From Gammaproteobacteria bacterium (lineage in GTDB: Bacteria > Pseudomonadota > Gammaproteobacteria > Steroidobacterales > Foliamicaceae): DNA of 64,000 bases. The DNA lies in the NCBI GenBank assembly GCA_965213995.1, contig OZ243929.1, positions 899,324 to 963,323 of the forward strand. The letters run 5' to 3'. Position numbers and translations under genes: made by a program. Below the pieces are notes generated by a model that was not told the DNA's origin, ran no database searches, and saw nothing but the letters and a program-made list of their open reading frames with translations. Within the stretch, counting starts at the first letter, position 1. Every line of letters begins with the position of its first letter. This document shows positions 47,550 through 55,699 of this stretch, piece by piece.

Positions 47550-48693
47550 TGGCTAGTTCCAAGTCGGCATCGCCTTGGCGTTCCGGTTCCGCAAGCTGCA
47601 TCGCGCGAAGCATTGCTTGGGCAACGCGCTTTGCGAGAACCGGCGGCACCGCGTTGCCCACTTGAACAAACTGTTCGGTTCTAGGCCCCTGAAATTGAAA
47701 CCGGTCCGGAAAGGATTGCAGCCGTGCCGCTTCGCGCACGGTGAGCACGCGATCCTGTTCGGGGTGGATATACGCGCCCCAATGGATATCGCATTTTGTA
47801 AGCACGGTGCTTGACAGGCCATCGTTGCGGAGCCGGCCGTAACGCTTGGTATGGTCGCAACGGCGCGCCTTTTTCATTCCGGCCGGCAATAGGTCGTGCG
47901 GAATATCGCGCCAGCTGCCTCCCGGCCCAATATGCTTCATCCGCTGCAAATTGATCGGGGCAAGGCGGGGCGCGGCGTGGTTATGGACGACGGTTGAATC
48001 GCCCCGCATCATTGCCTGAAAGCCCGAACGGGCCGGGGCGCGGTAGCTCGCAGGGCCAGCATCTTCGCCGTTCTTGAGTTTCGGCAAATCGCTGATGGCC
48101 TCCCCCACAGTCACAAAGGGCAGAAGGCCGCGCCCATGTGTCGGCTGCGGCCACAACACAGGCAAGCCCAGCCGGTTGCCAACGAAAAATACCCGGCGCC
48201 GCTCTTGCGGCACGCCGTGCTCTTCCGCCCTTAACGTCCGCATATCCACAACGTAGCCCAACTCGGAGAGGCCCGCCAAAATTTTCTTGACCGCCTTGCC
48301 TTTTCCGGCGGAAGTAATCCCGGTGACATTCTCCAGCACCACCCATTTCGGGGCCAATCCCCTAACAATCCGCAGATATTCCTCGAATAGCCTGCTGCGC
48401 TTGTCGTGAAGGCCGCGCTGATGGTTATAAACGCTGAACGCTTGGCAAGGCGGCCCGCCGATCAGGCAGTCCAGCCCCCCTTTTTCCAGACCGGTTGCTT
48501 CAAGGAGATGGTCCGCGCTGATTTCCTCGATGGGTCCCGGCAGGAACCCGGCGGCATCATGCGCCACGCTGAATGTGGCGCCGGCATGCTCGTCGAAATC
48601 GTTGCCGGCCAGAATCGTGAAGCCCGCCTGCTGAAATCCCTCGGAAAGACCTCCTGCTCCGCAGAACAGGTCGATGGCTGTTATTTCCTGCAT
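47539..48693 (-). CDS. dcm: DNA (cytosine-5)-methyltransferase
   Basis: Motif I DLFCGAGGLSEGF, IV GGPPCQAFS, VI VVLENV, IX RLQSFPDRFQF, X VGNAVPP. Confidence 0.92.
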   Translation of the reverse strand: MQEITAIDLFCGAGGLSEGFQQAGFTILAGNDFDEHAGATFSVAHDAAGFLPGPIEEISADHLLEATGLEKGGLDCLIGGPPCQAFSVYNHQRGLHDKRSRLFEEYLRIVRGLAPKWVVLENVTGITSAGKGKAVKKILAGLSELGYVVDMRTLRAEEHGVPQERRRVFFVGNRLGLPVLWPQPTHGRGLLPFVTVGEAISDLPKLKNGEDAGPASYRAPARSGFQAMMRGDSTVVHNHAAPRLAPINLQRMKHIGPGGSWRDIPHDLLPAGMKKARRCDHTKRYGRLRNDGLSSTVLTKCDIHWGAYIHPEQDRVLTVREAARLQSFPDRFQFQGPRTEQFVQVGNAVPPVLAKRVAQAMLRAMQLAEPERQGDADLELAIAV

Positions 48694-48791
48694 TGCCCTA
48701 GCTCCTTGGCTTGATGCGTGGTTGGCATGTTCGCTGCCTTGCTCCGCAACGGTCGGATTGCATTATCCTAAAGCAAAAGCCTTTTCGCGGG

Positions 48792-49919
48792 CTAGCAGTA
48801 GCGGCAGCGGCGGCGGCAATCGGGATTGCGGGCCTGCTTGAACTCGGTGAAGCGCGAGGCCAGCGCGTCGTAGTGGAGCAGCCTGCCCACTAGCGGATCG
48901 CCAATGCCGAGCAGGATCTTGATGGCCTCCGCCGCCTGAAGCAGCCCCACCACGCCCGGCACTATGCCCAGAACGCCGGCCTCGGCGCACGACGGCGCTA
49001 ATTCGGGTGGCGGCGGCTCTGGATGCAGGCAGCGGTAGCAGGGGCCGGGCGCCCCTTCGCGCGACGGCCAGAATACCGTCACCTGCCCCTCGAAACGGAA
49101 TACCGAGCCATGCACGTTGGGCCGACCGTGCTTGACGCAGGCATCGTTGACCAGGTAGCGGGTGGCGAAGTTGTCCGAACCGTCCACCACCACGTCGTGC
49201 CCGGCAAGCACTTCGTCCACGTTGCCGCGGTCCAGCCGCAGCGCATGCTCGACCACCGTCACCGCCGGATTGAGCGCGTTCAGCGCCGCGCGTGCCGAGG
49301 CCGCCTTGGAAAGACCCACGCGCTCGTTGGTATGCAGGATTTGCCGCTGCAAGTTGGTGCGGTCCACTACGTCGTGATCAACAATGCCGAGCGTGCCCAC
49401 GCCGGCGGCCGCCAGATAAAGCGCCGCCGGCGAGCCGAGGCCGCCCGCGCCGATCAGCAGCACCCTGCTTTGCAGCAGCTTGAGCTGTCCGGCTTCCCCC
49501 ACTTCCGGCATCGCCAAGTGCCGCGCGTAGCGCTGGCGCGCATCGGCATCCAGCGCCTTGGGGATATCGAAGGGCAGGCCCTCGTACTTCCATTGATTGA
49601 AGCCGCCGGCAACGGAGCGCACGTCGGCGTATCCCATGCGCTTAAGATCGGCGGCGGCGAACAGCGAGCGGCCGCCGCTGGCGCAGGCCACCAGCACCGT
49701 GCGGTCCAAGTCCGGCACCGCCTCCTCGATGCGGAACTCCAGAAAGCCGCGGTCGATGCGAAGCGCGTTTCGCGGGCTGCCCTGGGCGATTTCGGCGGCA
49801 TCGCGAACATCCACCAGCACCGCGCCATCCCGTTGCAAGGCCAGCGCCCGCCCGGGCGTCACCTCCGGAATGCTTTTTTTGAGTTCGGCCAGCCGCCGTT
49901 CTATCGCTTTCACCGCCAA
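48792..49919 (-). CDS. moeB: ThiF/MoeB-type adenylyltransferase with N-terminal rhodanese domain
   Basis: Rhodanese active-site loop VLVACASGGRS. E1-like LLIGAGGLGSPAALYLAAAG and DRTNLQRQ, with CYRC and a C-terminal Cys cluster. The track start is TTG. Confidence 0.8.
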   Translation of the reverse strand: MAVKAIERRLAELKKSIPEVTPGRALALQRDGAVLVDVRDAAEIAQGSPRNALRIDRGFLEFRIEEAVPDLDRTVLVACASGGRSLFAAADLKRMGYADVRSVAGGFNQWKYEGLPFDIPKALDADARQRYARHLAMPEVGEAGQLKLLQSRVLLIGAGGLGSPAALYLAAAGVGTLGIVDHDVVDRTNLQRQILHTNERVGLSKAASARAALNALNPAVTVVEHALRLDRGNVDEVLAGHDVVVDGSDNFATRYLVNDACVKHGRPNVHGSVFRFEGQVTVFWPSREGAPGPCYRCLHPEPPPPELAPSCAEAGVLGIVPGVVGLLQAAEAIKILLGIGDPLVGRLLHYDALASRFTEFKQARNPDCRRRCRYC

Positions 49920-49969
49920 CCGCCCACCATCCGCAGAACGCGACCCCGATTCTACTATCCGCTTGACTT

Positions 49970-50262
49970 GGGCCGTGCTTCCTCCGCCCTTTCTCCCCCC
50001 TTTCCCGCAGGAGACGCATGACTACTTGAAGCTTGACCTGCATAGGTCAAGAACCCATCCTCCTTCTTCCCGGGAGTTGCTGTTGGCATCCCTGCCGCGC
50101 GGCGGTGCCGGAATCACGCCCGGGGCCGGCCTCCTGTCGGCCCGCTCGCATCTGGCAAAGGCATGCTTTGCCTCGCTGCGCTGCGCACAGCGACCGATGC
50201 TCGCCCTGCCGCCGACACTCCTGCGGGAAAGGAGGGGAGAAAGGGCTCACGACGGCGCTGAC
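49970..50262. repeat. long-form hairpin-repeat element, inverse-orientation copy
   Basis: Arms GCCCTTTCTCCCCCCTTTCCCGCAGGAG (49986-50013) and CTCCTGCGGGAAAGGAGGGGAGAAAGGGC (50218-50246). The interior is the reverse complement of 31989-32192, with a diverged central segment. Confidence 0.85.
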
Positions 50263-50295
50263 CTCCATACGCTGCCGCAGCTCCTCGGACCTGCA

Positions 50296-50360
50296 CTCCC
50301 ATAGCCTGTTCTTGCCCCTTCCTTCCGGGAGTATTGGAGGCAGGATGCCGATCATCAGGG
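50296..50360. repeat. half hairpin-repeat element (left arm plus loop start only)
   Basis: CTGTTCTTGCCCCTTCCTTCCGGGAG followed by TATTGGAGGCAGGATGCCGAT. No matching right arm before the next element begins. Confidence 0.7.
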
Positions 50361-50493
50361 GCCGCGCCAGCCGAAGCCTCTATGCGCGTTTCCCTCTCGC
50401 GGGAGTGTTGGAGCCAGGGATGGCGGAACCAAGCCAGGGATGGCGCCTCCCGCGAGAGGGAAACGCGCATAGAGGCGGAATCGAAGCGCCTCC
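50361..50493. repeat. nested-hairpin intergenic repeat, copy with loop in 'flop' orientation
   Basis: Flank GCCGCGCCAGCCGAAGCC. Arm TCTATGCGCGTTTCCCTCTCGCGGGAG is perfectly complementary to CTCCCGCGAGAGGGAAACGCGCATAGA. Loop TGTTGGAGCCAGGGATGGCGGAACCAAGCCAGGGATGGCGC. Right flank GGCGGAATCGAAGCGCCTCC. Confidence 0.9.
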
Positions 50494-50627
50494 AGCATAA
50501 GTGACAAGTAGTGCGCGCCTATCGGGCCTATGAAAACGGCGGGCCGGGGGGCGGCGGCGCGCCGGCCGCAGGCTGCTACAATTGCGGGTTTTTCACGCAT
50601 ATCCCGATAACCGGGACGGAATATCCT

Positions 50628-52667
50628 ATGACTTATGTGTATGCGGCCATCGCCGCCGGCGTGCTGGCCATTCTTTACGGACTTTTGAGCACCCGCTGGG
50701 TGCTGCGGCGCGATGCCGGCAACGAACGCATGCAGGAAATCGCAGCGGCGGTGCAACTCGGCGCCAAGGCCTATCTCAACCGGCAGTACTCCACGGTGGC
50801 CCTGGCGGGACTGCCGCTCATGCTGCTGCTCGGTTTCGTGCTGGACTGGGCGGTGGCCGGCGGTTTCCTGCTGGGCGCGATATTCTCCGGTGCGGCGGGC
50901 TATATCGGCATGAACGTGTCGGTGCGCGCCAATTCACGCACCGCCCAGGCGGCCCATAACGGCATGAACGCCGCTTTGGCGGTGGCTTTCCGGGGCGGCG
51001 CCATCACCGGCATGCTGGTGGTGGGATTGGCGCTGCTGGGCGTGGCCGGCTACTACCTGCTCCTCGACAGCATGGGACTGGGCGACGGCGACGTGCTGCA
51101 CGCGCTGGTGGGGCTGGCCTTCGGCGGCTCGCTGATCTCGATTTTCGCGCGGCTGGGCGGCGGCATCTTCACCAAGGGCGCGGATGTGGGGGCCGATTTG
51201 GTCGGCAAGGTGGAAGCGGGAATCCCCGAAGACGACCCGCGCAATCCGGCGGTGATCGCCGACAACGTGGGCGATAACGTGGGCGACTGCGCGGGCATGG
51301 CCGCGGATCTGTTCGAGACCTATGCCGTGACCCTGATCGCCACCATGCTGCTCGGTTTCCTCACGGTGCAGGAGGCGCCCGCCACGGCCGTGCTGTATCC
51401 GCTGGCGATCGGCGCGGTGGCGATCGTGGCCTCGATTATCGGAACGTTCGCCGTGCGCGCCGGCAAGAACGGCTCGGTGATGTCCGCTTTGTACAAGGGC
51501 GTGATCGCGGCGGGCGTGCTGGCGGCGCTGGGCATCTGGTTCGTTACCGCCGAGATGTGGGCGGACAGCGGCGCTTATCCGCCCGCCAGCCTGTTCCTGT
51601 CGGCGCTGGTCGGCCTGGTGCTGACCGGCGTGATCATGTTCATCACCGACTACTACACGGGCACCGGGTTCCCGCCGGTTCGCAAGCTGGCGCAGGCCTC
51701 CTCCACCGGCCACGCCACCAATATCATCGCCGGCCTAGGGCTGTCGATGAAGGCCACCGCGCTGCCGGTGCTGGCGGTATGCTTGAGCATCCTCGCGACC
51801 TACCAGCTGGCGGGGCTGTACGGCTTGGCGATCGCCGCCACGGCGATGCTTTCGATGACCGGCATGATCGTGGCGCTGGATGCTTTCGGGCCAATCACCG
51901 ACAACGCCGGAGGGATTGCGGAAATGGCCGAAATGCCGGAGAAAATCCGCAATATCACCGATCCGCTGGATGCCGTTGGCAATACCACCAAGGCGGTCAC
52001 CAAGGGCTACGCGATAGGCTCGGCGGGCTTGGCGGCGCTGGTGCTGTTCGCCGACTACACCCACAATTTGCAGGCGGCGGGCAAGAGCTTCGTGTTCCGG
52101 CTCGACGATCCGGCTGTGATCATCGGCCTGTTCGTGGGCGGCTTGATCCCGTACCTGTTCGGGGCGCTGGCCATGGAGGCCGTGGGACGCGCGGCGGGCA
52201 GCGTGGTGAAGGAGGTGCGGCGGCAGTTCAAGGAGATCGCCGGGATCATGGAAGGCACGGCCAAGCCGGACTACGGGCGCGCTGTGGATCTGCTGACCAA
52301 GGCGGCGATCCGCGAAATGATCGTGCCGTCGCTGCTGCCGGTGCTGGCGCCGGTGGCGCTGGTGCTGGTGATCGGCTGGCTGATGCCCGAAGGCGCGGGC
52401 GCCCGGGCGCTGGGCGGCATGCTGATAGGGTCGATCGTGACCGGGCTGTTCGTGGCCATTTCCATGACCACCGGCGGCGGGGCTTGGGACAACGCCAAGA
52501 AATACGTGGAGGACGGCGCGCTGGGCGGCAAGGGCTCGGAAGCGCACCACGCGGCGGTCACGGGCGACACGGTGGGCGATCCCTACAAGGACACCGCCGG
52601 CCCGGCCATCAATCCGCTGATTAAAATCGTCAATATCGTGGCGCTGCTGATCGCGCCCTTGCTCTGA
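50628..52667 (+). CDS. hppA: H+-translocating (membrane-bound) pyrophosphatase
   Basis: ORF 50511..52667 trimmed to ATG 50628 ([14 protein letters not shown]). Signature [22 protein letters not shown] and a polytopic membrane profile. Confidence 0.93.
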   Translation: MTYVYAAIAAGVLAILYGLLSTRWVLRRDAGNERMQEIAAAVQLGAKAYLNRQYSTVALAGLPLMLLLGFVLDWAVAGGFLLGAIFSGAAGYIGMNVSVRANSRTAQAAHNGMNAALAVAFRGGAITGMLVVGLALLGVAGYYLLLDSMGLGDGDVLHALVGLAFGGSLISIFARLGGGIFTKGADVGADLVGKVEAGIPEDDPRNPAVIADNVGDNVGDCAGMAADLFETYAVTLIATMLLGFLTVQEAPATAVLYPLAIGAVAIVASIIGTFAVRAGKNGSVMSALYKGVIAAGVLAALGIWFVTAEMWADSGAYPPASLFLSALVGLVLTGVIMFITDYYTGTGFPPVRKLAQASSTGHATNIIAGLGLSMKATALPVLAVCLSILATYQLAGLYGLAIAATAMLSMTGMIVALDAFGPITDNAGGIAEMAEMPEKIRNITDPLDAVGNTTKAVTKGYAIGSAGLAALVLFADYTHNLQAAGKSFVFRLDDPAVIIGLFVGGLIPYLFGALAMEAVGRAAGSVVKEVRRQFKEIAGIMEGTAKPDYGRAVDLLTKAAIREMIVPSLLPVLAPVALVLVIGWLMPEGAGARALGGMLIGSIVTGLFVAISMTTGGGAWDNAKKYVEDGALGGKGSEAHHAAVTGDTVGDPYKDTAGPAINPLIKIVNIVALLIAPLL

Positions 52668-52710
52668 TTTGCTGGCTCGGTTTCGCGTTGATTGAAGCGC
52701 CGCGTTTGCG

Positions 52711-52876
52711 GCCCGTCCCCTTTTTCCGGGAGACGCATGCCGCTTTGGGTTCGCCTCTTTGCGCGTTCCCCTCTCGCGGGAGACGCATGAACCCATCCAT
52801 GGGGCTTGGCGGCGGCTGTCCTGCCGCCGACACTCCCGCGAGAGGGGAACGCGCAAACAGGCTTCGGCTGGCGCGG
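52711..52876. repeat. half element plus one complete nested-hairpin repeat
   Basis: Half element: GCCCGTCCCCTTTTTCCGGGAGACGCATGCCGC. Full copy: arm CTCTTTGCGCGTTCCCCTCTCGCGGGAG, loop ACGCATGAACCCATCCATGGGGCTTGGCGGCGGCTGTCCTGCCGCCGACA, arm CTCCCGCGAGAGGGGAACGCGCAAACAG, flank GGCTTCGGCTGGCGCGG. Confidence 0.9.
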
Positions 52877-52946
52877 GCGCAGGCTTTTCTTGGCAGAGGC
52901 GGCAAGAGGGTAGAATCCGCTCGTTCATTTCGGCAGCTCCTCCCCT

Positions 52947-54362
52947 ATGAAAAAGATCATCCTGCTCGCCGCGCTCTCAGCCTTGGCCGGCGCGCCCCTG
53001 CCGGGTTCGGCGGAAAATTTGCTCGAGGTGTACGAACGGGCGCGCATGAACGATCCGCTGCTGCGCGAGGCCGAGGCGCGGCTAATGGCATCCCGGGAAG
53101 TGCGTTCGCAAGCCCGCAGCCTCCTGTTCCCGGAAATCGACGCAAACGGCAGCTACTCGCGCCAAGACAGCCGCGCGGCGCTGCTGTTTTACGCGCCCAC
53201 GCCAACCGGAGCGTTCGCGCCCGTTGTCGATAACAGCACCACCGACGCGAAGTCCACCGGATGGGGAGTCACCTTGCGTCAGAGCGTTTTCGACTGGGCC
53301 GCGATCGTTGCGCTGGGCGCCTCCGGCGATGTGTTGGCGCAGGGCGAGGCGGATTTCGAGGCCGCTTTGCAAGAATCCATGCTGCGCACCGCCCAAGCCT
53401 ATTTCACGGTGCTGGGCGCGCAGGACGAGCTCGCTTCGCAGAGCGCCAACCGCACCGCCATCGCCCGCCAGCTTGAACAAGCGCAGAAGCGTTTCGAGGT
53501 GGGCCTCATCGCGATCACCGACGTGCAGGAGGCGCAGGCCGCGCATGACCAGGCGGTCGCGGCGGAGATCGAGGCCAAGCGGTCGCTGGCCACGGCCGAG
53601 GAGCAGCTGCGCGAAATCGTGGGCGCGCCCATGCCAGCGGCCAGCCTCACCCGGCCCGCCGAAGGCATGCCTTTGCCCCTGCCTTCGCCTAACGTTGAGC
53701 AATCCTGGATCGATACCGCGCTGCAACAAAACCCCAGCCTCGTGTCGGCCCGGCTGGCCGCCTCCATCGCCGAGGCCGAGGTCAGGCTGCGCCGCACCGA
53801 TTACTTCCCCACGCTGGAACTGGTGGCGGATGTGAACGGCAGCAGCGGCGACCGGGAACGGGTCTTCCGCAGCATGGGGGCGGAGTACCGCGACAGTTTC
53901 CGCAGCGAATCGATCAGGCTGCAACTCTCAGTGCCGATTTTCGACGGCTTCAACCGAAATTCCAGAGTTCGCGAAGCCAAGTTCCTGCACCGCGCGTCAA
54001 CCGAGCGCCTTGAAGGCGTGGAGCGGGCGGTGGTGCGCCAAACCCGGGATGCCTTCCTAGGCGTGAGTTCGGAAATTTCCCGCGTGAATGCGCTGCGCCA
54101 AGCGGTGGCCTCCAGCCAAACCGCGCTGCGGGCCACCGAGGCCGGCTATGAAATCGGCACCCGCACCATCGTCGATGTGCTGGACGCGCGGCGCAATCTG
54201 GTGCAGGCCGAAACCAATTACGCGCGCAGCCGCTACGACTTCATCATCAACGTGCTCAATCTCAAGAGCGCCGCCGGCATCATCACGAAGGAGGACCTTG
54301 CCGAAGTCAGCCGCTGGATGGAGCAGAGCGCGCCTTCGGGGCAGGAAGAAGCGGCTCAATAA
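52947..54362 (+). CDS. tolC: TolC-family outer membrane efflux protein
   Basis: Signal peptide MKKIILLAALSALAGAPLPGSA, N-terminal LLEVYERARMNDPLL, and two OEP repeats. Confidence 0.85.
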   Translation: MKKIILLAALSALAGAPLPGSAENLLEVYERARMNDPLLREAEARLMASREVRSQARSLLFPEIDANGSYSRQDSRAALLFYAPTPTGAFAPVVDNSTTDAKSTGWGVTLRQSVFDWAAIVALGASGDVLAQGEADFEAALQESMLRTAQAYFTVLGAQDELASQSANRTAIARQLEQAQKRFEVGLIAITDVQEAQAAHDQAVAAEIEAKRSLATAEEQLREIVGAPMPAASLTRPAEGMPLPLPSPNVEQSWIDTALQQNPSLVSARLAASIAEAEVRLRRTDYFPTLELVADVNGSSGDRERVFRSMGAEYRDSFRSESIRLQLSVPIFDGFNRNSRVREAKFLHRASTERLEGVERAVVRQTRDAFLGVSSEISRVNALRQAVASSQTALRATEAGYEIGTRTIVDVLDARRNLVQAETNYARSRYDFIINVLNLKSAAGIITKEDLAEVSRWMEQSAPSGQEEAAQ

Positions 54363-55623
54363 GGCTTAAGGTCCGATCCAGCACGGCCTGTCCGGCGGCA
54401 ACGCAGGATCTGGCCCCATCGCGGGCGCTGCGCCGGGCCTCCTCGCTCTCAAGCAGACGGGCCGCAACCCCGGCCAGTTCACTGGCATCGCGCACCCTGA
54501 ACAGGGCGCCTGCATCGCCCAGAAGACGCGCGCTTTGAGGCGTGTTGAACAGATGCGGGCCAGCCAGCACCGGCAAGCCGAAGGCGGCAGGCTCCAGCAG
54601 GTTGTGTCCGCCCTTAGGGGCAATGCTGCCGCCCACGAAGGCGAGGTCCGATGCCGCGTAAAAGGCGGTCATCTCGCCTAAGGAATCCAGCAAAAAGACC
54701 TGCGTTTGCGCGTCCGGCGCGCGGTGGCGCGACCGCATCGCAACCCTGAGGCCGCTCTGGCCAAGGTATGCGCGCACCGCCGCGAAACGTTCGCGATGGC
54801 GAGGAGCGAGGATGAGCAGGGCATCGGGACGCTCATTAAGGAAGCGGCGGTGGGCGCGGAGGGCGATCCGCTCCTCCGGCTCATGGGTGCTGGCGGCAAT
54901 CCATACCGGCCGGGCGGCGCCCAAGGCGGCGCGAAGCTCGGCGCCGCGCTCAAGCACGCCTGCCTGAGGACGGTAATGAAACTTCAGATTGCCGCTCACC
55001 CGCACATCGAGGCCATCGCAACCGAGCGCGCGGAAACGCTCGGCATCCTCGTCGGTTTGCGCGCCCACGACGCGGACCGCGCTCAGCGACGCGGCGATAA
55101 GCGGGCGAACTTTGCGGTAGCGGCGATACGAGCGCTCGGTGAGGCGGGCGCTGGCGATCATCAGCGGCACGCCGGCCGAGCGGCAGGCGGCGTAGAGGCC
55201 GGGCCAGATCTCGGTTTCGAGGATCACGCCCAGGGCGGGCCGGACCGCGCGCAAAAAGCGCCGGTTCACGATGCCCAGGTCGAGCGGAAGCAGGCTATGC
55301 GACTGGCCTTCCCGCAAGCCGCGTTGAATAGCCGCCGAGCCGGCAGGAGTGAACGCGGTCAGCAGCAGCGGCAGGTCCGGTCGGCGGCGCTCCAGTTCCC
55401 CGGCCAGTATCGAAAGCGCAGCGACCTCGCCGAGCGAAGCGCCATGCAGCCACACGCCGCCTGCGGGCACAGCGGGCACACGCGCCCCCCAGCGTTCGGA
55501 CAGACATCTGCGCCAGCCCGGATCGCGCACCGAACGCGCCAGCATGTAGCCGCACAAGGCCGGCGCCACGACCCAGGAAAGCGCGCCGTAGGCGCCAAGC
55601 GCCGCTTTGCCGATCAGGGACAT
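54307..55623 (-). CDS. waaA: 3-deoxy-D-manno-octulosonic acid transferase
   Basis: N-terminal membrane anchor, then WLHGASLGEV, typical of KdtA/WaaA. About 438 aa. Its 3' end overlaps tolC convergently by 56 nt. Confidence 0.85.
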   Translation of the reverse strand: MSLIGKAALGAYGALSWVVAPALCGYMLARSVRDPGWRRCLSERWGARVPAVPAGGVWLHGASLGEVAALSILAGELERRRPDLPLLLTAFTPAGSAAIQRGLREGQSHSLLPLDLGIVNRRFLRAVRPALGVILETEIWPGLYAACRSAGVPLMIASARLTERSYRRYRKVRPLIAASLSAVRVVGAQTDEDAERFRALGCDGLDVRVSGNLKFHYRPQAGVLERGAELRAALGAARPVWIAASTHEPEERIALRAHRRFLNERPDALLILAPRHRERFAAVRAYLGQSGLRVAMRSRHRAPDAQTQVFLLDSLGEMTAFYAASDLAFVGGSIAPKGGHNLLEPAAFGLPVLAGPHLFNTPQSARLLGDAGALFRVRDASELAGVAARLLESEEARRSARDGARSCVAAGQAVLDRTLSLIEPLLPAPKARSAPSSG

Positions 55624-55699
55624 CCGCTGTCAGGTTTCACGTCCGGCGCCAGCTCCCGGCGGGAAAGTGCTTGGCGTGTGCAAGCGCGTTCCGGTGGCT

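Noticed and set aside
48719-48757. Possible degenerate attR: TGGTTGGCATGTTCGCTGCCTTGCTCCGCAACGGTCGGA compared with the tRNA-Lys 3' part TGGTTGCGGGTTCGATTCCCTCACGGCCCA
   Set aside because: The two share TGGTTG, GTTCG, CGCA and CGG blocks only after introducing several gaps, roughly 20 of 30 positions. That is too weak to call a direct repeat without comparative data, although the location at the right island border is suggestive.
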